Shown: in pieces, positions 48,476 to 59,097 of the stretch | How positions within the stretch are numbered: position 1 is the stretch's first letter | Layout: every line of letters begins with the position of its first letter | Assembly (NCBI GenBank): GCA_002457675.1 | Contig: NTKK01000004.1 | Coordinates: 91,666-155,665, forward strand | Reading direction: 5' to 3' | DNA from: Bacteroidetes bacterium MED-G17 | Lineage (GTDB): Bacteria > Bacteroidota > Bacteroidia > NS11-12g > UBA9320 | Length of the DNA stretch: 64,000 nt | Position numbers and translations under genes: made by a program | The notes under the pieces: generated by a model | Seen by the model: the letters and a program-made list of their open reading frames with translations, nothing else | What the model was told of the DNA's origin: nothing | Database searches by the model: none

Positions 48476-49612
48476 ATGACCAGATTTAAATTACTCGCTA
48501 TCACTTTAACCGTCTTTTTAATGTCTTGTGGCGAAGCAGGAAAAATTGAGAAGCTAAAAAAAGAATTAAAAGAAAAAAAACAGGAGTTGGCTTCCGTAAA
48601 TAAAGAAATTTTGGATCTCCAAACGGAAATAGACCTTTTAGATACCACTGCCAAAGAAAATACTATTCCTGTAAAGGTAGATACCTTAGGACATTCCAAA
48701 TTCAGCAATATGGTTACCCTCCAAGGTTTAGTGAAATCTGACAAGAATATACGAATGTCTTCTGAAGTTCCTGGCCGAATTGAAAAAATTTATGTTCGTG
48801 AAGGACAGAAAGTCAGCTTTGGGCAAGCACTAGTCAAAATGAATTCCGAAATGATTTCTTCTCAAATTAATGAATTAAAATCCGCATTAAAGTTGGCACA
48901 AGCAACCTATGAAAAACAAAATAGACTTTGGCAGAAAGAAATTGGTTCAGAAATACAGCTCTTACAAGCCAAAACAAATTACGAAAATTTACAAAAAGCT
49001 ATTGAAACAGCTAAAGTCCAACTTAATAAACATTTATTAACAGCTCCTTCCAATGGCTATGTAGAAAATATATTATCCAACGAAGGTCAAATGGCTGCTC
49101 CAGGCTTACCGTTAATAGAAATGACCAACAACAAAACTTTGGAGCTTAATCTTAAAGTTAGTGAGAAATTTTTAGGAAAATTAACCACAGGACAAACAGT
49201 CGAAATACAATATCCAAGTATATCAAAAACTTTCAAGGAAAAAATTGACGCGATTGGCTCAGTGATTGATCAAAATAGCCGAACGTTTAATATAACTATT
49301 CGGCCTAAAAATGGGATTCCATTTCTTAAACCAAATATGTTGGCCCTTGTGAACTTGCCAAGCTTTCAGGCTGAACAAGCTATCAATATTCCCACCAAAC
49401 TAATTCGACAAGACAGCAGAGGAAATTTTGTTCTGTCCGTAAATAGTGATAAGCAAGTAGAGAAAGTATATATTCAAATTGAAGAACAGTTTGCTGACAA
49501 AACCATAATAAAGTCAGGGGTCACAGTTGGTCAGTTGATCATTACAGAAGGTTTTACAAATGTAATTCCAGGAGATTTGGTTAAAATTATATCCTCAAAA
49601 AGGATTGAGTAA
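48476..49612 (+). CDS. Efflux RND transporter periplasmic adaptor subunit (HlyD/MFP family)
   Basis: 378 aa. Lipoprotein signal (LMSCG), a coiled-coil hairpin, and a barrel-sandwich pattern. Confidence 0.88.
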   Translation: MTRFKLLAITLTVFLMSCGEAGKIEKLKKELKEKKQELASVNKEILDLQTEIDLLDTTAKENTIPVKVDTLGHSKFSNMVTLQGLVKSDKNIRMSSEVPGRIEKIYVREGQKVSFGQALVKMNSEMISSQINELKSALKLAQATYEKQNRLWQKEIGSEIQLLQAKTNYENLQKAIETAKVQLNKHLLTAPSNGYVENILSNEGQMAAPGLPLIEMTNNKTLELNLKVSEKFLGKLTTGQTVEIQYPSISKTFKEKIDAIGSVIDQNSRTFNITIRPKNGIPFLKPNMLALVNLPSFQAEQAINIPTKLIRQDSRGNFVLSVNSDKQVEKVYIQIEEQFADKTIIKSGVTVGQLIITEGFTNVIPGDLVKIISSKRIE

Positions 49613-52600
49613 TCAAGACATGTCAAAAAATCAAATTGTAAAAAAATTCGGCCTTTCCTCATGGTCAATTGGGAATAAAATAAGTGTGTATGTTATGATA
49701 GGAATTGTAGCCATTATAGGTCTACTCTCGTACACAACCATGCCAAAAGAGAGCTTCCCTGAAATTAAACAACCGATAATTTACATCAACACGCCTTACA
49801 TTGGCAACTCGCCAATTGATATGGAAAACTTGGTTACCAGACCTATCGAAAAGGAACTCAATTCCATAAATGGTGTGAACAAGATTGAATCAACATCCAT
49901 TCAAGATTTCTCCGTAATAATTGTTGAATTCGATTACGATATTCCTTCTGAACAGTGCTTAACCGATGTAAAAGATGCAGTTGATAGAGCGCAATCAGAA
50001 CTACCAAAAGACCTAACTGCAGATCCTACGGTTTTTGAGCTGGACTTCTCTGAAATGCCGGTGATGAATGTTAATATTAGCGGAGATTACTCAACTAAAG
50101 ATTTAAAATTTTATGGTGAAAAAATTCAAGATCAAATTGAAAATTTATCTGAAATAAGCGAAGTAGATATCACTGGCACAAATGAAGAAGAGGTAGAAAT
50201 TGCTGTTGACAGATTAAAAATGGAAGCTCTTGAAATTAGCTTTCAAGACATCGAAAACGCAATTAGAGGAGAAAATGTCACTATGAGTGGTGGTGATATA
50301 AAAAGTATTGAAGGCAATGACATCACTAGAAGAAATATCCGAATTGACGGAGAATTTGAAAACTACGATGATTTAAAAAATGTTATTGTGAAAAATGAGA
50401 AACAAAACATTGTTTACCTGCGCGATATTGCGATGATTCGTTTTGGACCAAAAGAACCAAGCTCATTCGCAAGACTAGATAGAAACCCAGTTGTAACTTT
50501 AGATATCAAAAAGAAAAGTGGATCAAATCTTATTAATGCTGCACAGAAAATTCAAAATATTATTGCAGAAGCAAAAGCAACTTATTTACCAAAAGACCTA
50601 TCAGTAGTCATTACGAATGACCAATCAAAGTTTACAAAAATGATGGTAAATAACCTAGAAAACTCGATTATCATGGGTGTAATCTTGGTTGTTCTCGTAC
50701 TTATTTTCTTCCTTGGTTTAAGAAACTCCCTTTTTGTAGGCGTTGCCATCCCTTTGTCAATGCTGATGGGTATTGCCATCCTAAATTTCGGTGGGAATAC
50801 AATGAACATGATGGTTCTTTTTTCCTTAATTCTCGCATTGGGTATGCTTGTTGATAATGGTATTGTTGTTGTAGAAAATATTTATAGACAAAGAGAATTG
50901 GGTAAAAAACCAGACGAAGCATCCAATCATGGCGTTGGCGAAGTCGCTACAGCAATTATTGCTTCAACAGCTACCACACTTGCAGCTTTTGTACCGCTTC
51001 TTTTTTGGAAAAGTCTAATGGGTGAATTTATGAAATTTTTGCCTATTACTCTCATTATCGTTTTGGCCTCCTCCTTATTTGTTGCTTTGGTAGTCAATCC
51101 TGTGTTAGCGGCAGACTGGATGAAAGTTGGACAAAGGAAAACATCAAAAATTCGTCCTTATTTCATCAAGCTTTTACTTGCGTTTGTATTGGGTGTTCTT
51201 CTTAAAGTTTCAGGTGAAGATCTTTTTGCTGGACTGTTTTTTGCAGGCATTATTTTTAGTTCATTATACCGATTTATAATTGCTCCAGGAGGGGATGTTT
51301 TCATGTCCAAAATTATGCCCAAAATTGAAAACAAATACGCACAGTTATTAAAATATGCCATAAGCAGCTTTCGTCCGTTTGTATTTTTTGCTGGAACTTT
51401 TGTATTGTTTTTTGTCATTATGGGTTACTATAATTCCAACCCCCCACCGTTTGTCTTCTTTCCTGAAAATGAACCACAATACGTAAACGCCTACATCGAA
51501 GCACCTTTAGGAACTGATATTGAAAAAACCAATAAAATCACAAGCGCCTTAGAGAATAGAATTATCAAAAAAATAAAGCCTTATAAGGACGCAGGAATAA
51601 TAGAAGCTGTTTTGGCTCAGGTAGGTGAAAAAACAGCTGACCCAAATGAAGGGCCACAAAGCGGAAGTTCACCTCATAAAGCGAGAATTACTGTATCATT
51701 TATTGAATTTGAAAAAAGAGCGCTCATGGGCTTCAATATTTCAACAAGTCAAATCATGGCCGAAATAAAAGAATCTTGTAAAGACTTTCCTGAAGCCAAT
51801 ATAACATTCGCAAAAGACAATATGGGACCACCCGTAGGGAAACCTATAAATGTTGAAGTCACTGGAGAAGACTATTTGACACTAATCGAGCAAGTAGAAA
51901 TACTTAAGAAAAAAATGGAATTGGCCAATATAGAAGGCGTTGACCAACTAAAAACTGACTTAGAACTTGGAAAGCCAATGCTAGAAATCCAAGTCAATAG
52001 AGAAGCCGCGAGAAGGTATGGTCTCGGAACGGGGCAAATTGCCTCAACAATTAGAACCGCACTCCTCGGAAAGGAAATTTCTAAATACAAGCTTAAAGAA
52101 GACGACTATGAGATAAATCTTCGCTTGCAGGAGGAATATAGATACAACTTAAGTAACCTAATGAATACAAAGGTTACTTTTAGGAATACTATGGGAAAAC
52201 TCGTACAGGTGCCTATATCAGCAGTTTCCAAAATAAAGTTCAATTCAACCTATGGCACGGTAAAAAGAAAAGATCTAGAAAAGGTAATCACAATTTTTTC
52301 GGAGGTAGAAGAAGGCTATAATGCAAATCAAATAGTGGCTGAGTTTAAAACGCTCTTGCAGGATGTCCAATTGGCGCCTGGCTATACTTTTAAATTTACC
52401 GGTGAGCAAGAAGAACAAGGTGAATCAATAGATTTTTTGATGTCTGCAATGCTATTGGCGGTATTCTTAATCTTTTTGATTATTGTAACCCAATTTAATT
52501 CATTTTTAGGTCCATTTATCATTATTCTATCAGTTGTATTTAGTACAATGGGCGTATTTTTAGGATTTTCCATTACTCAAATGCCTTTTTCTGCAATGAT

Positions 52601-53060
52601 GTCAGGTATAGGAATCATTTCTTTGGCAGGGATTGTAGTAAATAATGCCATTGTTTTAATTGACTATACAAACTTGCTTAGAAAAAGAAAAAGAGCTTCT
52701 TTAGAAATTGCAGCAAATGATCATTTGCCCTCAATTGAAATACAGAACACTATAATCGAAGCTGGAAGAACTAGACTCCGACCCGTATTACTGACAGCAA
52801 TTACTACCATATTGGGTCTTGTACCACTTGCAATGGGTATGAATATTAACTTTGTTTCTTTGCTTACTAAACTAGATCCAGAATGGTATACAGGAGGATC
52901 AAATGCAGAATTTTGGGGACCAATGGCTTGGGCTGTTATCTTTGGATTGGTTTTTGCTACATTTTTGACGCTAATTATAGTACCTGTAATGTATTTACTT
53001 GGCGACAAATTGGTGTTATTCCTAAAACAATTTGGCCAGAAAGAAACGACAAATAATTAA
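49605..53060 (+). CDS. Efflux RND transporter permease (AcrB/HAE1 family)
   Basis: 1151 aa. 12 TM helices and two large periplasmic loops. It overlaps the adaptor gene by 8 nt. Confidence 0.95.
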   Translation: MSNQDMSKNQIVKKFGLSSWSIGNKISVYVMIGIVAIIGLLSYTTMPKESFPEIKQPIIYINTPYIGNSPIDMENLVTRPIEKELNSINGVNKIESTSIQDFSVIIVEFDYDIPSEQCLTDVKDAVDRAQSELPKDLTADPTVFELDFSEMPVMNVNISGDYSTKDLKFYGEKIQDQIENLSEISEVDITGTNEEEVEIAVDRLKMEALEISFQDIENAIRGENVTMSGGDIKSIEGNDITRRNIRIDGEFENYDDLKNVIVKNEKQNIVYLRDIAMIRFGPKEPSSFARLDRNPVVTLDIKKKSGSNLINAAQKIQNIIAEAKATYLPKDLSVVITNDQSKFTKMMVNNLENSIIMGVILVVLVLIFFLGLRNSLFVGVAIPLSMLMGIAILNFGGNTMNMMVLFSLILALGMLVDNGIVVVENIYRQRELGKKPDEASNHGVGEVATAIIASTATTLAAFVPLLFWKSLMGEFMKFLPITLIIVLASSLFVALVVNPVLAADWMKVGQRKTSKIRPYFIKLLLAFVLGVLLKVSGEDLFAGLFFAGIIFSSLYRFIIAPGGDVFMSKIMPKIENKYAQLLKYAISSFRPFVFFAGTFVLFFVIMGYYNSNPPPFVFFPENEPQYVNAYIEAPLGTDIEKTNKITSALENRIIKKIKPYKDAGIIEAVLAQVGEKTADPNEGPQSGSSPHKARITVSFIEFEKRALMGFNISTSQIMAEIKESCKDFPEANITFAKDNMGPPVGKPINVEVTGEDYLTLIEQVEILKKKMELANIEGVDQLKTDLELGKPMLEIQVNREAARRYGLGTGQIASTIRTALLGKEISKYKLKEDDYEINLRLQEEYRYNLSNLMNTKVTFRNTMGKLVQVPISAVSKIKFNSTYGTVKRKDLEKVITIFSEVEEGYNANQIVAEFKTLLQDVQLAPGYTFKFTGEQEEQGESIDFLMSAMLLAVFLIFLIIVTQFNSFLGPFIIILSVVFSTMGVFLGFSITQMPFSAMMSGIGIISLAGIVVNNAIVLIDYTNLLRKRKRASLEIAANDHLPSIEIQNTIIEAGRTRLRPVLLTAITTILGLVPLAMGMNINFVSLLTKLDPEWYTGGSNAEFWGPMAWAVIFGLVFATFLTLIIVPVMYLLGDKLVLFLKQFGQKETTNN

Positions 53061-53069
53061 ATAATTTCA

Positions 53070-54137
53070 ATGAGAAAAAAAAGCTATTCATTTTTAGAAA
53101 AGTATCTAAATGCCAATGCTCCTGTAGGTTTTGAAACCACAGGACAAAAAATTTGGATGGAATACGTCAAGGATTATGCAGATGAATTTATAACAGATAC
53201 ATATGGATCTGTAGCAGCCATAATTAATCCAAATAAAAAATACAAAGTAGTTATAGAAGCCCACGCCGATGAAATATCCTGGTTTGTCAATTATATCTCG
53301 CCCGAAGGTTACATTTTTGTTCGCAGAAATGGTGGATCAGACCACCAAATAGCTCCTTCCATGCGTGTAGATGTGCATGGAGAGAAAGGAATAATAAAAG
53401 GTGTTTTTGGCTGGCCAGCAATCCATGTTCGAACCCCAGGTAAAGAAGCAGCACCAAGCATGAAAAATATATTCGTCGATGTAGGTGCTACAAAAGCAGA
53501 GGAAGTAGCAGAAATGGGCATCCATGTTGGTACAGTCATCACATTTGAAGCCACCACTATGAGGTTAGGAAAAAAATTTATTACTGGTCGTGCTTTGGAC
53601 AACCGGGCAGGTGGATTTATGATTGCAGAAGTAGCAAGAAAAATAAAGGAAAATAAAGATAGACTCCCTTTTAGCCTTTATGTGGTAAATGCTGTTCAAG
53701 AAGAGGTAGGACTGCGAGGAGCCGAAATGATTTCGAGAAGAATAAAACCCAATGTAGCGATTGTCACTGATGTAACACATGACACCACTTCTCCCCCATA
53801 TGACAGAAAAGAGCAAGGAGAACAAGTTTGTGGAAAAGGCCCCGTACTTACTTATGGTCCTGCTGTACACAATGTTTTATTGAACAAAATAATAAAGGTG
53901 GCCGAACAAAATAAAATTTCATTTCAAAGAGCTGCAGCAAGTAGATTCACGGGGACAGATACCGACGCATTTGCATATTCTGACATCGGTCTACCTTCTG
54001 CATTAATTTCTTTGCCATTAAAATACATGCACACGACTGTTGAAACTGCTCATGAGGATGACATTGAAAAAGTAATTGATCTAATTTACCATAGCGTAAT
54101 CAACATAAAAGAGAACGAAGAGTTTAGCTATTTCTAG
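53070..54137 (+). CDS. M42-family metallo-aminopeptidase (FrvX/glutamyl aminopeptidase-like)
   Basis: 355 aa. AHADEISWFV, DNRAGG, and QEEVGLRGA motifs. Confidence 0.88.
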   Translation: MRKKSYSFLEKYLNANAPVGFETTGQKIWMEYVKDYADEFITDTYGSVAAIINPNKKYKVVIEAHADEISWFVNYISPEGYIFVRRNGGSDHQIAPSMRVDVHGEKGIIKGVFGWPAIHVRTPGKEAAPSMKNIFVDVGATKAEEVAEMGIHVGTVITFEATTMRLGKKFITGRALDNRAGGFMIAEVARKIKENKDRLPFSLYVVNAVQEEVGLRGAEMISRRIKPNVAIVTDVTHDTTSPPYDRKEQGEQVCGKGPVLTYGPAVHNVLLNKIIKVAEQNKISFQRAAASRFTGTDTDAFAYSDIGLPSALISLPLKYMHTTVETAHEDDIEKVIDLIYHSVINIKENEEFSYF

Positions 54138-54143
54138 ACCGCC

Positions 54144-56273
54144 TTGAAAGCCTTAGTTAGTTCTATTTTCTTTTTTTTGGCTTGCCTAACTTCAACAAAA
54201 GCGCAAACACCTTCTCAGGCTGCATCAAACATAAAAATAACACAAGTTGGATGTGATGAGATGACCATTACTTGGAACAATGGGAATGGCGTAGGAAGAA
54301 TTGTTGTGATTCAAGAAAATCAACAAATTTCTGGCATACCAACAGACAATAGATTTTATATCCCAAATAACAATTTTGGACAGGGTGATTCCCTCGAAAG
54401 TCACTCGGCCTTTGTTGTTTATAACGGAACTAGCAACACGACGAAAATTAGTAAACTGAAACACAATACACGTTATTTTATTAAAGTCTTTGAATTTAAT
54501 GGAGCAGGAAGTATCTTTTGGTACAAAACAGATAATGTCCCTGAGGCAGACAGTGTTACTTTTCTTCTACAGGCCGATTTTGACATAGCCCCTTCCTACC
54601 AGTGTCTTCAAGGAAATAAAAGCGCTTTTTTAAATACGTCTCAATTCAATGGGAAAACTGCGTTAAATTATACGTGGAATTTTGGCAACGGTGTTACTTC
54701 TGCGCAAAAAGACACTGTTTATAGCTATTTAAATTCTGGCATTTTTAAAATTAAACTGAGTGTTTCTTCAATTGGATGTTCAGATGAAATTGAAAAAAAT
54801 GATACCATCGTTGCTAAACCCGAAATTTCATTTAAACTAGATCCGAATTTTATTGGGAATGACTCTATTCAGTGCTTTCCCGGCAATCAATTTCGTTTTT
54901 TACCAAAAGTAAAATTCAAAAGCCTAGGTGTTTCTAGCAATCAATATACCTGGTTTTTTGGAGATGGCAGAAGCTCAGGTGAAGGCAGGGCCCTTCATGA
55001 ATACAACGATACCGGGACATTTGTTGTACAATTGATTGTAAATGGGACATGGAACAGTAGAGACTATTGCGCTGATACAATTGATGCCATTTACAGAGTT
55101 ACTTCCGGCCCTCTTGACTCAAATAGTATTAGCTTTTCTGATACCGCCTTGTGTTTACAAGGAAACATATTTGAGTTTGAAAATACTTCACCCAAAGGTG
55201 GAATAACCAATACTTGGTTCTTTAGTAAATCTGACTCTTTTATTGGTAATAAAGCAACTTGGTCTTTTAGTCAACCAGGAAAATATGCAGTCAAACTAAT
55301 TGCTTCAGAAAATAATTTTTGTAAGGATACATTTATTGATTCTGTTGAAGTTTTTGATAAACCGAACAATTTCTTTAGCGGTCTAGACACCTTTTATTGT
55401 CAATCAAATGACATAATCAAGCTTAGACCAAATTTAGATGGAGGGTACTTTTTTGGAACCAATACAAACTCAGTTGACTCCAGTTTTTCCTTAGTTGACA
55501 CTGGCCAATATATCATTTCATATGTATATACCAAAGGAGACTGCAAAGACACGTTTACAGCAAAAACCAAAATTTCACCCAAACCGAGTTTTTATTTCCC
55601 TTCTGACACATCCATATGCCTAGGAGATACGATTTCAATCGTAATTGAAAATTTTGGTTCTGTAGTTTGGAAAGATGGCCTACAGGATTCTTTCCGAAAA
55701 ATCACTAAAGCAGGAGAGTATGGACTAACCGTTTTTGACAAATTGGGCATTTGCCAAGCAACAGACAGTTTCACCCTTAATCAAATACAAGCACCCCTTT
55801 TCAATTTAGGCAAAGACACTGTTCTTTGTTCATTGGCAAATTATTCGATTGGGATAAAAACAAATTCTGATTTAAATAACTATTTGTGGAATACGGGAAG
55901 TACCTCTCCAATTATCAATTTGGATAATGCAGGGAATTATATACTTACGGTTAGCAACACTTGCGGCTCATTGACTGACGAAATAAATATTGAAGTCAAT
56001 AGAAACTTATGCGCAATATCTTATCCAAATGCTTTTTCACCAAACGATGATGGAGTTAACGATTTGTTTCAAGTTAAAGGAAACTTTAGCCCACTAAGTA
56101 TGGACATCTATAACAGATGGGGCCAGCTTATTTATGAAAAGGAAAGGGCAATTTGGGATGGATTTGTCCAAGGAAAAAAAGCACAACAAGGCATCTACTA
56201 CTTTATACTAATAGCGCTAGATAGGGCAGGCCGAAAAATCCAAATTAAAGATTTTATTTACCTTGTAGATTAA
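54144..56273 (+). CDS. Secreted multi-domain (PKD-like repeats) protein with a T9SS type-B C-terminal domain
   Basis: 709 aa. Signal peptide, repeated ~80-aa Ig/PKD-like modules (YTWNFGNGVTS, YTWFFGDGRSS), and a C-terminal CAISYPNAFSPNDDGVNDLFQVKG...IYNRWGQLIY...GIYYFIL, the hallmark of the gliding-motility-associated CTD (type B). Confidence 0.7.
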   Translation: MKALVSSIFFFLACLTSTKAQTPSQAASNIKITQVGCDEMTITWNNGNGVGRIVVIQENQQISGIPTDNRFYIPNNNFGQGDSLESHSAFVVYNGTSNTTKISKLKHNTRYFIKVFEFNGAGSIFWYKTDNVPEADSVTFLLQADFDIAPSYQCLQGNKSAFLNTSQFNGKTALNYTWNFGNGVTSAQKDTVYSYLNSGIFKIKLSVSSIGCSDEIEKNDTIVAKPEISFKLDPNFIGNDSIQCFPGNQFRFLPKVKFKSLGVSSNQYTWFFGDGRSSGEGRALHEYNDTGTFVVQLIVNGTWNSRDYCADTIDAIYRVTSGPLDSNSISFSDTALCLQGNIFEFENTSPKGGITNTWFFSKSDSFIGNKATWSFSQPGKYAVKLIASENNFCKDTFIDSVEVFDKPNNFFSGLDTFYCQSNDIIKLRPNLDGGYFFGTNTNSVDSSFSLVDTGQYIISYVYTKGDCKDTFTAKTKISPKPSFYFPSDTSICLGDTISIVIENFGSVVWKDGLQDSFRKITKAGEYGLTVFDKLGICQATDSFTLNQIQAPLFNLGKDTVLCSLANYSIGIKTNSDLNNYLWNTGSTSPIINLDNAGNYILTVSNTCGSLTDEINIEVNRNLCAISYPNAFSPNDDGVNDLFQVKGNFSPLSMDIYNRWGQLIYEKERAIWDGFVQGKKAQQGIYYFILIALDRAGRKIQIKDFIYLVD

Positions 56274-57223
56274 GCAAGGCCAATCTCTTTTAATCTTTGA
56301 ATTAAATACTCTCCAGCAGTGATATCATCGTATTTTTTTTGCCCATCCGCATCCATACAATTCGACAAACAATTTAAGGGCATATTTGCAATTGGGTGAA
56401 GGAAGAATGGTATAGAATATCTTGGCTCTCCCCATTTTTCTTTGGGCGGATTAATAACTCTGTGCGTTGTACTTTTCATTTTATTGTTCGTGAGTCTCTG
56501 TAGCATATCTCCAACATTTATCACCATTTCGCCTTTTCCTGTTGTTATGGCCTGCCATTTATTATGTTTATCAAGTATTTGAAGACCTTGTGCCGAAGCA
56601 CCCAAAAGTAAAGTAATTAGGTTTATATCTTCATGTTGACCAGCCCGAACAGCAGTTTGAGGATCTTTGGTTATTGGGGCATAAAAAATGGGTCTTAAAA
56701 TACTATTCCCGTTTACTACAAATTTGTCAAAATAATGCTTGTCTAGGCGCAAGTACTCGGCAATTGCTTGCAACAAAATTTTTCCCGTTTTTTCTAATAG
56801 TTTAAACGATTTTTCACCCACTTCATTAAATGCAGGGATTTCTTTGACTTCAATATTTGCCGGATAGGTAAAATCTTTTTTAATTTCATCAGGCACATAT
56901 TGACCAAAATGCCAAAATTCTTTTAAATCGCCTTGATTTGCGTCTTTTGCACGCTCTACTCCGAAAGGAGTAAATCCTCTTTGACCTGCGAGATTTTCGA
57001 TACAATATTTCATTTTTACCTCTCTAGGAAGATTAAAAAAATTTTTTGTCTCTTGATACAATACCGACTCAACTTTTTCACTTAAATAGTGATTTTTAAT
57101 TGCAACAAAACCTATTTCTTCAAATGCCATGCCGAGTTGTTGAACAAATTTGGATTTTTCTTGGCTATTACCGTTTGCATACAAATCGAAGTCTAATAGT
57201 GGAAGCGTATGGCGATGAAGCAT
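56270..57223 (-). CDS. 2-oxoglutarate/Fe(II)-dependent oxygenase (isopenicillin-N-synthase-like family)
   Basis: 317 aa. N-terminal DIOX_N-like LPLLDFDLY...IGFVAIKNH, and an HxD...H context in the C-terminal half. Confidence 0.75.
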   Translation of the reverse strand: MLHRHTLPLLDFDLYANGNSQEKSKFVQQLGMAFEEIGFVAIKNHYLSEKVESVLYQETKNFFNLPREVKMKYCIENLAGQRGFTPFGVERAKDANQGDLKEFWHFGQYVPDEIKKDFTYPANIEVKEIPAFNEVGEKSFKLLEKTGKILLQAIAEYLRLDKHYFDKFVVNGNSILRPIFYAPITKDPQTAVRAGQHEDINLITLLLGASAQGLQILDKHNKWQAITTGKGEMVINVGDMLQRLTNNKMKSTTHRVINPPKEKWGEPRYSIPFFLHPIANMPLNCLSNCMDADGQKKYDDITAGEYLIQRLKEIGLA

Positions 57224-57254
57224 AAAAACAAAAATATACCTTGTTCAGGATATA

Positions 57255-59051
57255 CTATTTTTTTTGTTGATAGTGATAAAATATGATTTTGGCCTTAGAT
57301 GATCCTATGACATTAGAAAGCTCAATTTCACTGGCTTCCTTCACTTTTTTCATTGATCTAAATTTTTTAAGTAAATCACTTACTGTTTTTTCACCAATAT
57401 TCGGTAACTGAGTCAATTCGTGCTTGATAAAATCTTTACTTCGCTTATTTCGGTGATTTTTCAATCCAAACCTATGGGCTTCATCTCTAAGTCTTTGTAT
57501 CAACTTCAAAGATTCAGACTTTTTGTTTAAATACGCAGGTATAGAGTCATTCGGAAAATAAATTTCTTCTAACCTTTTGGCTATGCCTATCAGCTGTATC
57601 TTATCGTTAAGATTTAAACGTTTTAGCGCACTATAAGAGGCACTTAATTGTCCTTTACCTCCGTCGATTACAACAAGTTGTGGTAAATTGGAATTTTCTA
57701 CTAGCAAACGACTGTAGCGTCTGTACAAGGCTTCTTCCATAGAAGCAAAATCATTTGGCCCACTTACTGTTTTGATATTAAAATAGCGATAATCCTTTTT
57801 ACTTGGTTTGGCATCTTTAAAAACCACACACGCCGAAATGGGCTGATGCCCTTGAAGATTTGAATTGTCAAAACACTCAATATGTTTCGGCAACTCCTTA
57901 AGATTTAAATCCTCTTTTAGGGCAGATAAGATTCTTTTAGCTTTAAGTTCTGGATCTAGAGCTTCTTGTTGCTTTACACTCTCATACTTGAAATGATTTA
58001 AATTCCTTCTGCCAATTTGGATTAACTTAAGCTTGTCACCAGCTTTAGGTACTTGGCATTCAATTTTGTTCAAGGGCCAATTGGTCTGTTTTTCCAATAA
58101 AATTCTTGTATTTGTACTTCTTAATTGCCCCCTCATTTCAATTATCGCTTGACCAATAACTTCTTCATTTTCAACACCTGATAGTTTAAACTTTCTATTT
58201 TTAGATTGGACAATCATTCCATTGGAAATAGAAAGCATATTCATATATAAATTTACATTTTCTTGGTCGAAAGTAAATACATCTACATCCGTTATCCGCT
58301 CATTAACAACTGTACTTTTATGTTGGTATACACTAAGTTTTTCTAGTCTTTTTTTATATTCTTCTGCTTGTTCAAATTGCAAATCTCCAACAGCTTTTTG
58401 CAATAAACTTTGCAAATGCTTCTTAACTTCGATGAGATTTCCTTTTAGTAAATGCTTTATCTGTCTGATAGATTCTAAATAATTGTCCTCCTGTTGTAAA
58501 TTTTCACAAGGCCCTAAACAATTGCCAATTTGATACTCTAAACAAACCTTAAATTTTGCTTCAGCAATATTTTTTTCACTTAAGTTGAGGTTGCAAGTTC
58601 TTATTGGGTAAAGTTGCTTGATCAAATCCAATAACACCCTCATGAATTTTGCAGAAGTATATGGTCCAAAATATTCAGACCCATCTTGAATCGGGTTTCT
58701 AATAGGGAAAACCCTAGGAAAACGCTCATTGGTAATCTTGATTAATGGAAAAGATTTATCATCCTTAAGATTGATGTTATATCTGGGTTGAAATTCTTTG
58801 ATTAAACTGTTTTCTAAAAGCAAGGCATCCATCTCTGTATTTACAATGGTAAAATCCAAATCTTGTATTTTACTGACCATCAAAGCTGTTTTCCCATTCT
58901 CAAATTTTGCTTTTGAAAAGTAACTTGAAACCCTATTTTTTAGGTTTTTTGCTTTACCCACATAGATTAGCTTATTACCATTGTCATAAAATTTGTAAAT
59001 ACCCGCATCCTTTGGTAGAGACTTTATTTGACGGATTATTTTTTGTTCCAC
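57255..59051 (-). CDS. uvrC: Excinuclease ABC subunit C
   Basis: 598 aa. GIY-YIG N-terminus (GIYKFYDNGNKLIYVGKAKNLKNRV), and UvrC endonuclease and HhH C-terminal domains. Confidence 0.95.
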   Translation of the reverse strand: MEQKIIRQIKSLPKDAGIYKFYDNGNKLIYVGKAKNLKNRVSSYFSKAKFENGKTALMVSKIQDLDFTIVNTEMDALLLENSLIKEFQPRYNINLKDDKSFPLIKITNERFPRVFPIRNPIQDGSEYFGPYTSAKFMRVLLDLIKQLYPIRTCNLNLSEKNIAEAKFKVCLEYQIGNCLGPCENLQQEDNYLESIRQIKHLLKGNLIEVKKHLQSLLQKAVGDLQFEQAEEYKKRLEKLSVYQHKSTVVNERITDVDVFTFDQENVNLYMNMLSISNGMIVQSKNRKFKLSGVENEEVIGQAIIEMRGQLRSTNTRILLEKQTNWPLNKIECQVPKAGDKLKLIQIGRRNLNHFKYESVKQQEALDPELKAKRILSALKEDLNLKELPKHIECFDNSNLQGHQPISACVVFKDAKPSKKDYRYFNIKTVSGPNDFASMEEALYRRYSRLLVENSNLPQLVVIDGGKGQLSASYSALKRLNLNDKIQLIGIAKRLEEIYFPNDSIPAYLNKKSESLKLIQRLRDEAHRFGLKNHRNKRSKDFIKHELTQLPNIGEKTVSDLLKKFRSMKKVKEASEIELSNVIGSSKAKIIFYHYQQKK

Positions 59052-59097
59052 AAATTAATAATGCTAATATACTTTGATAATTCAAATATCATAAGGA

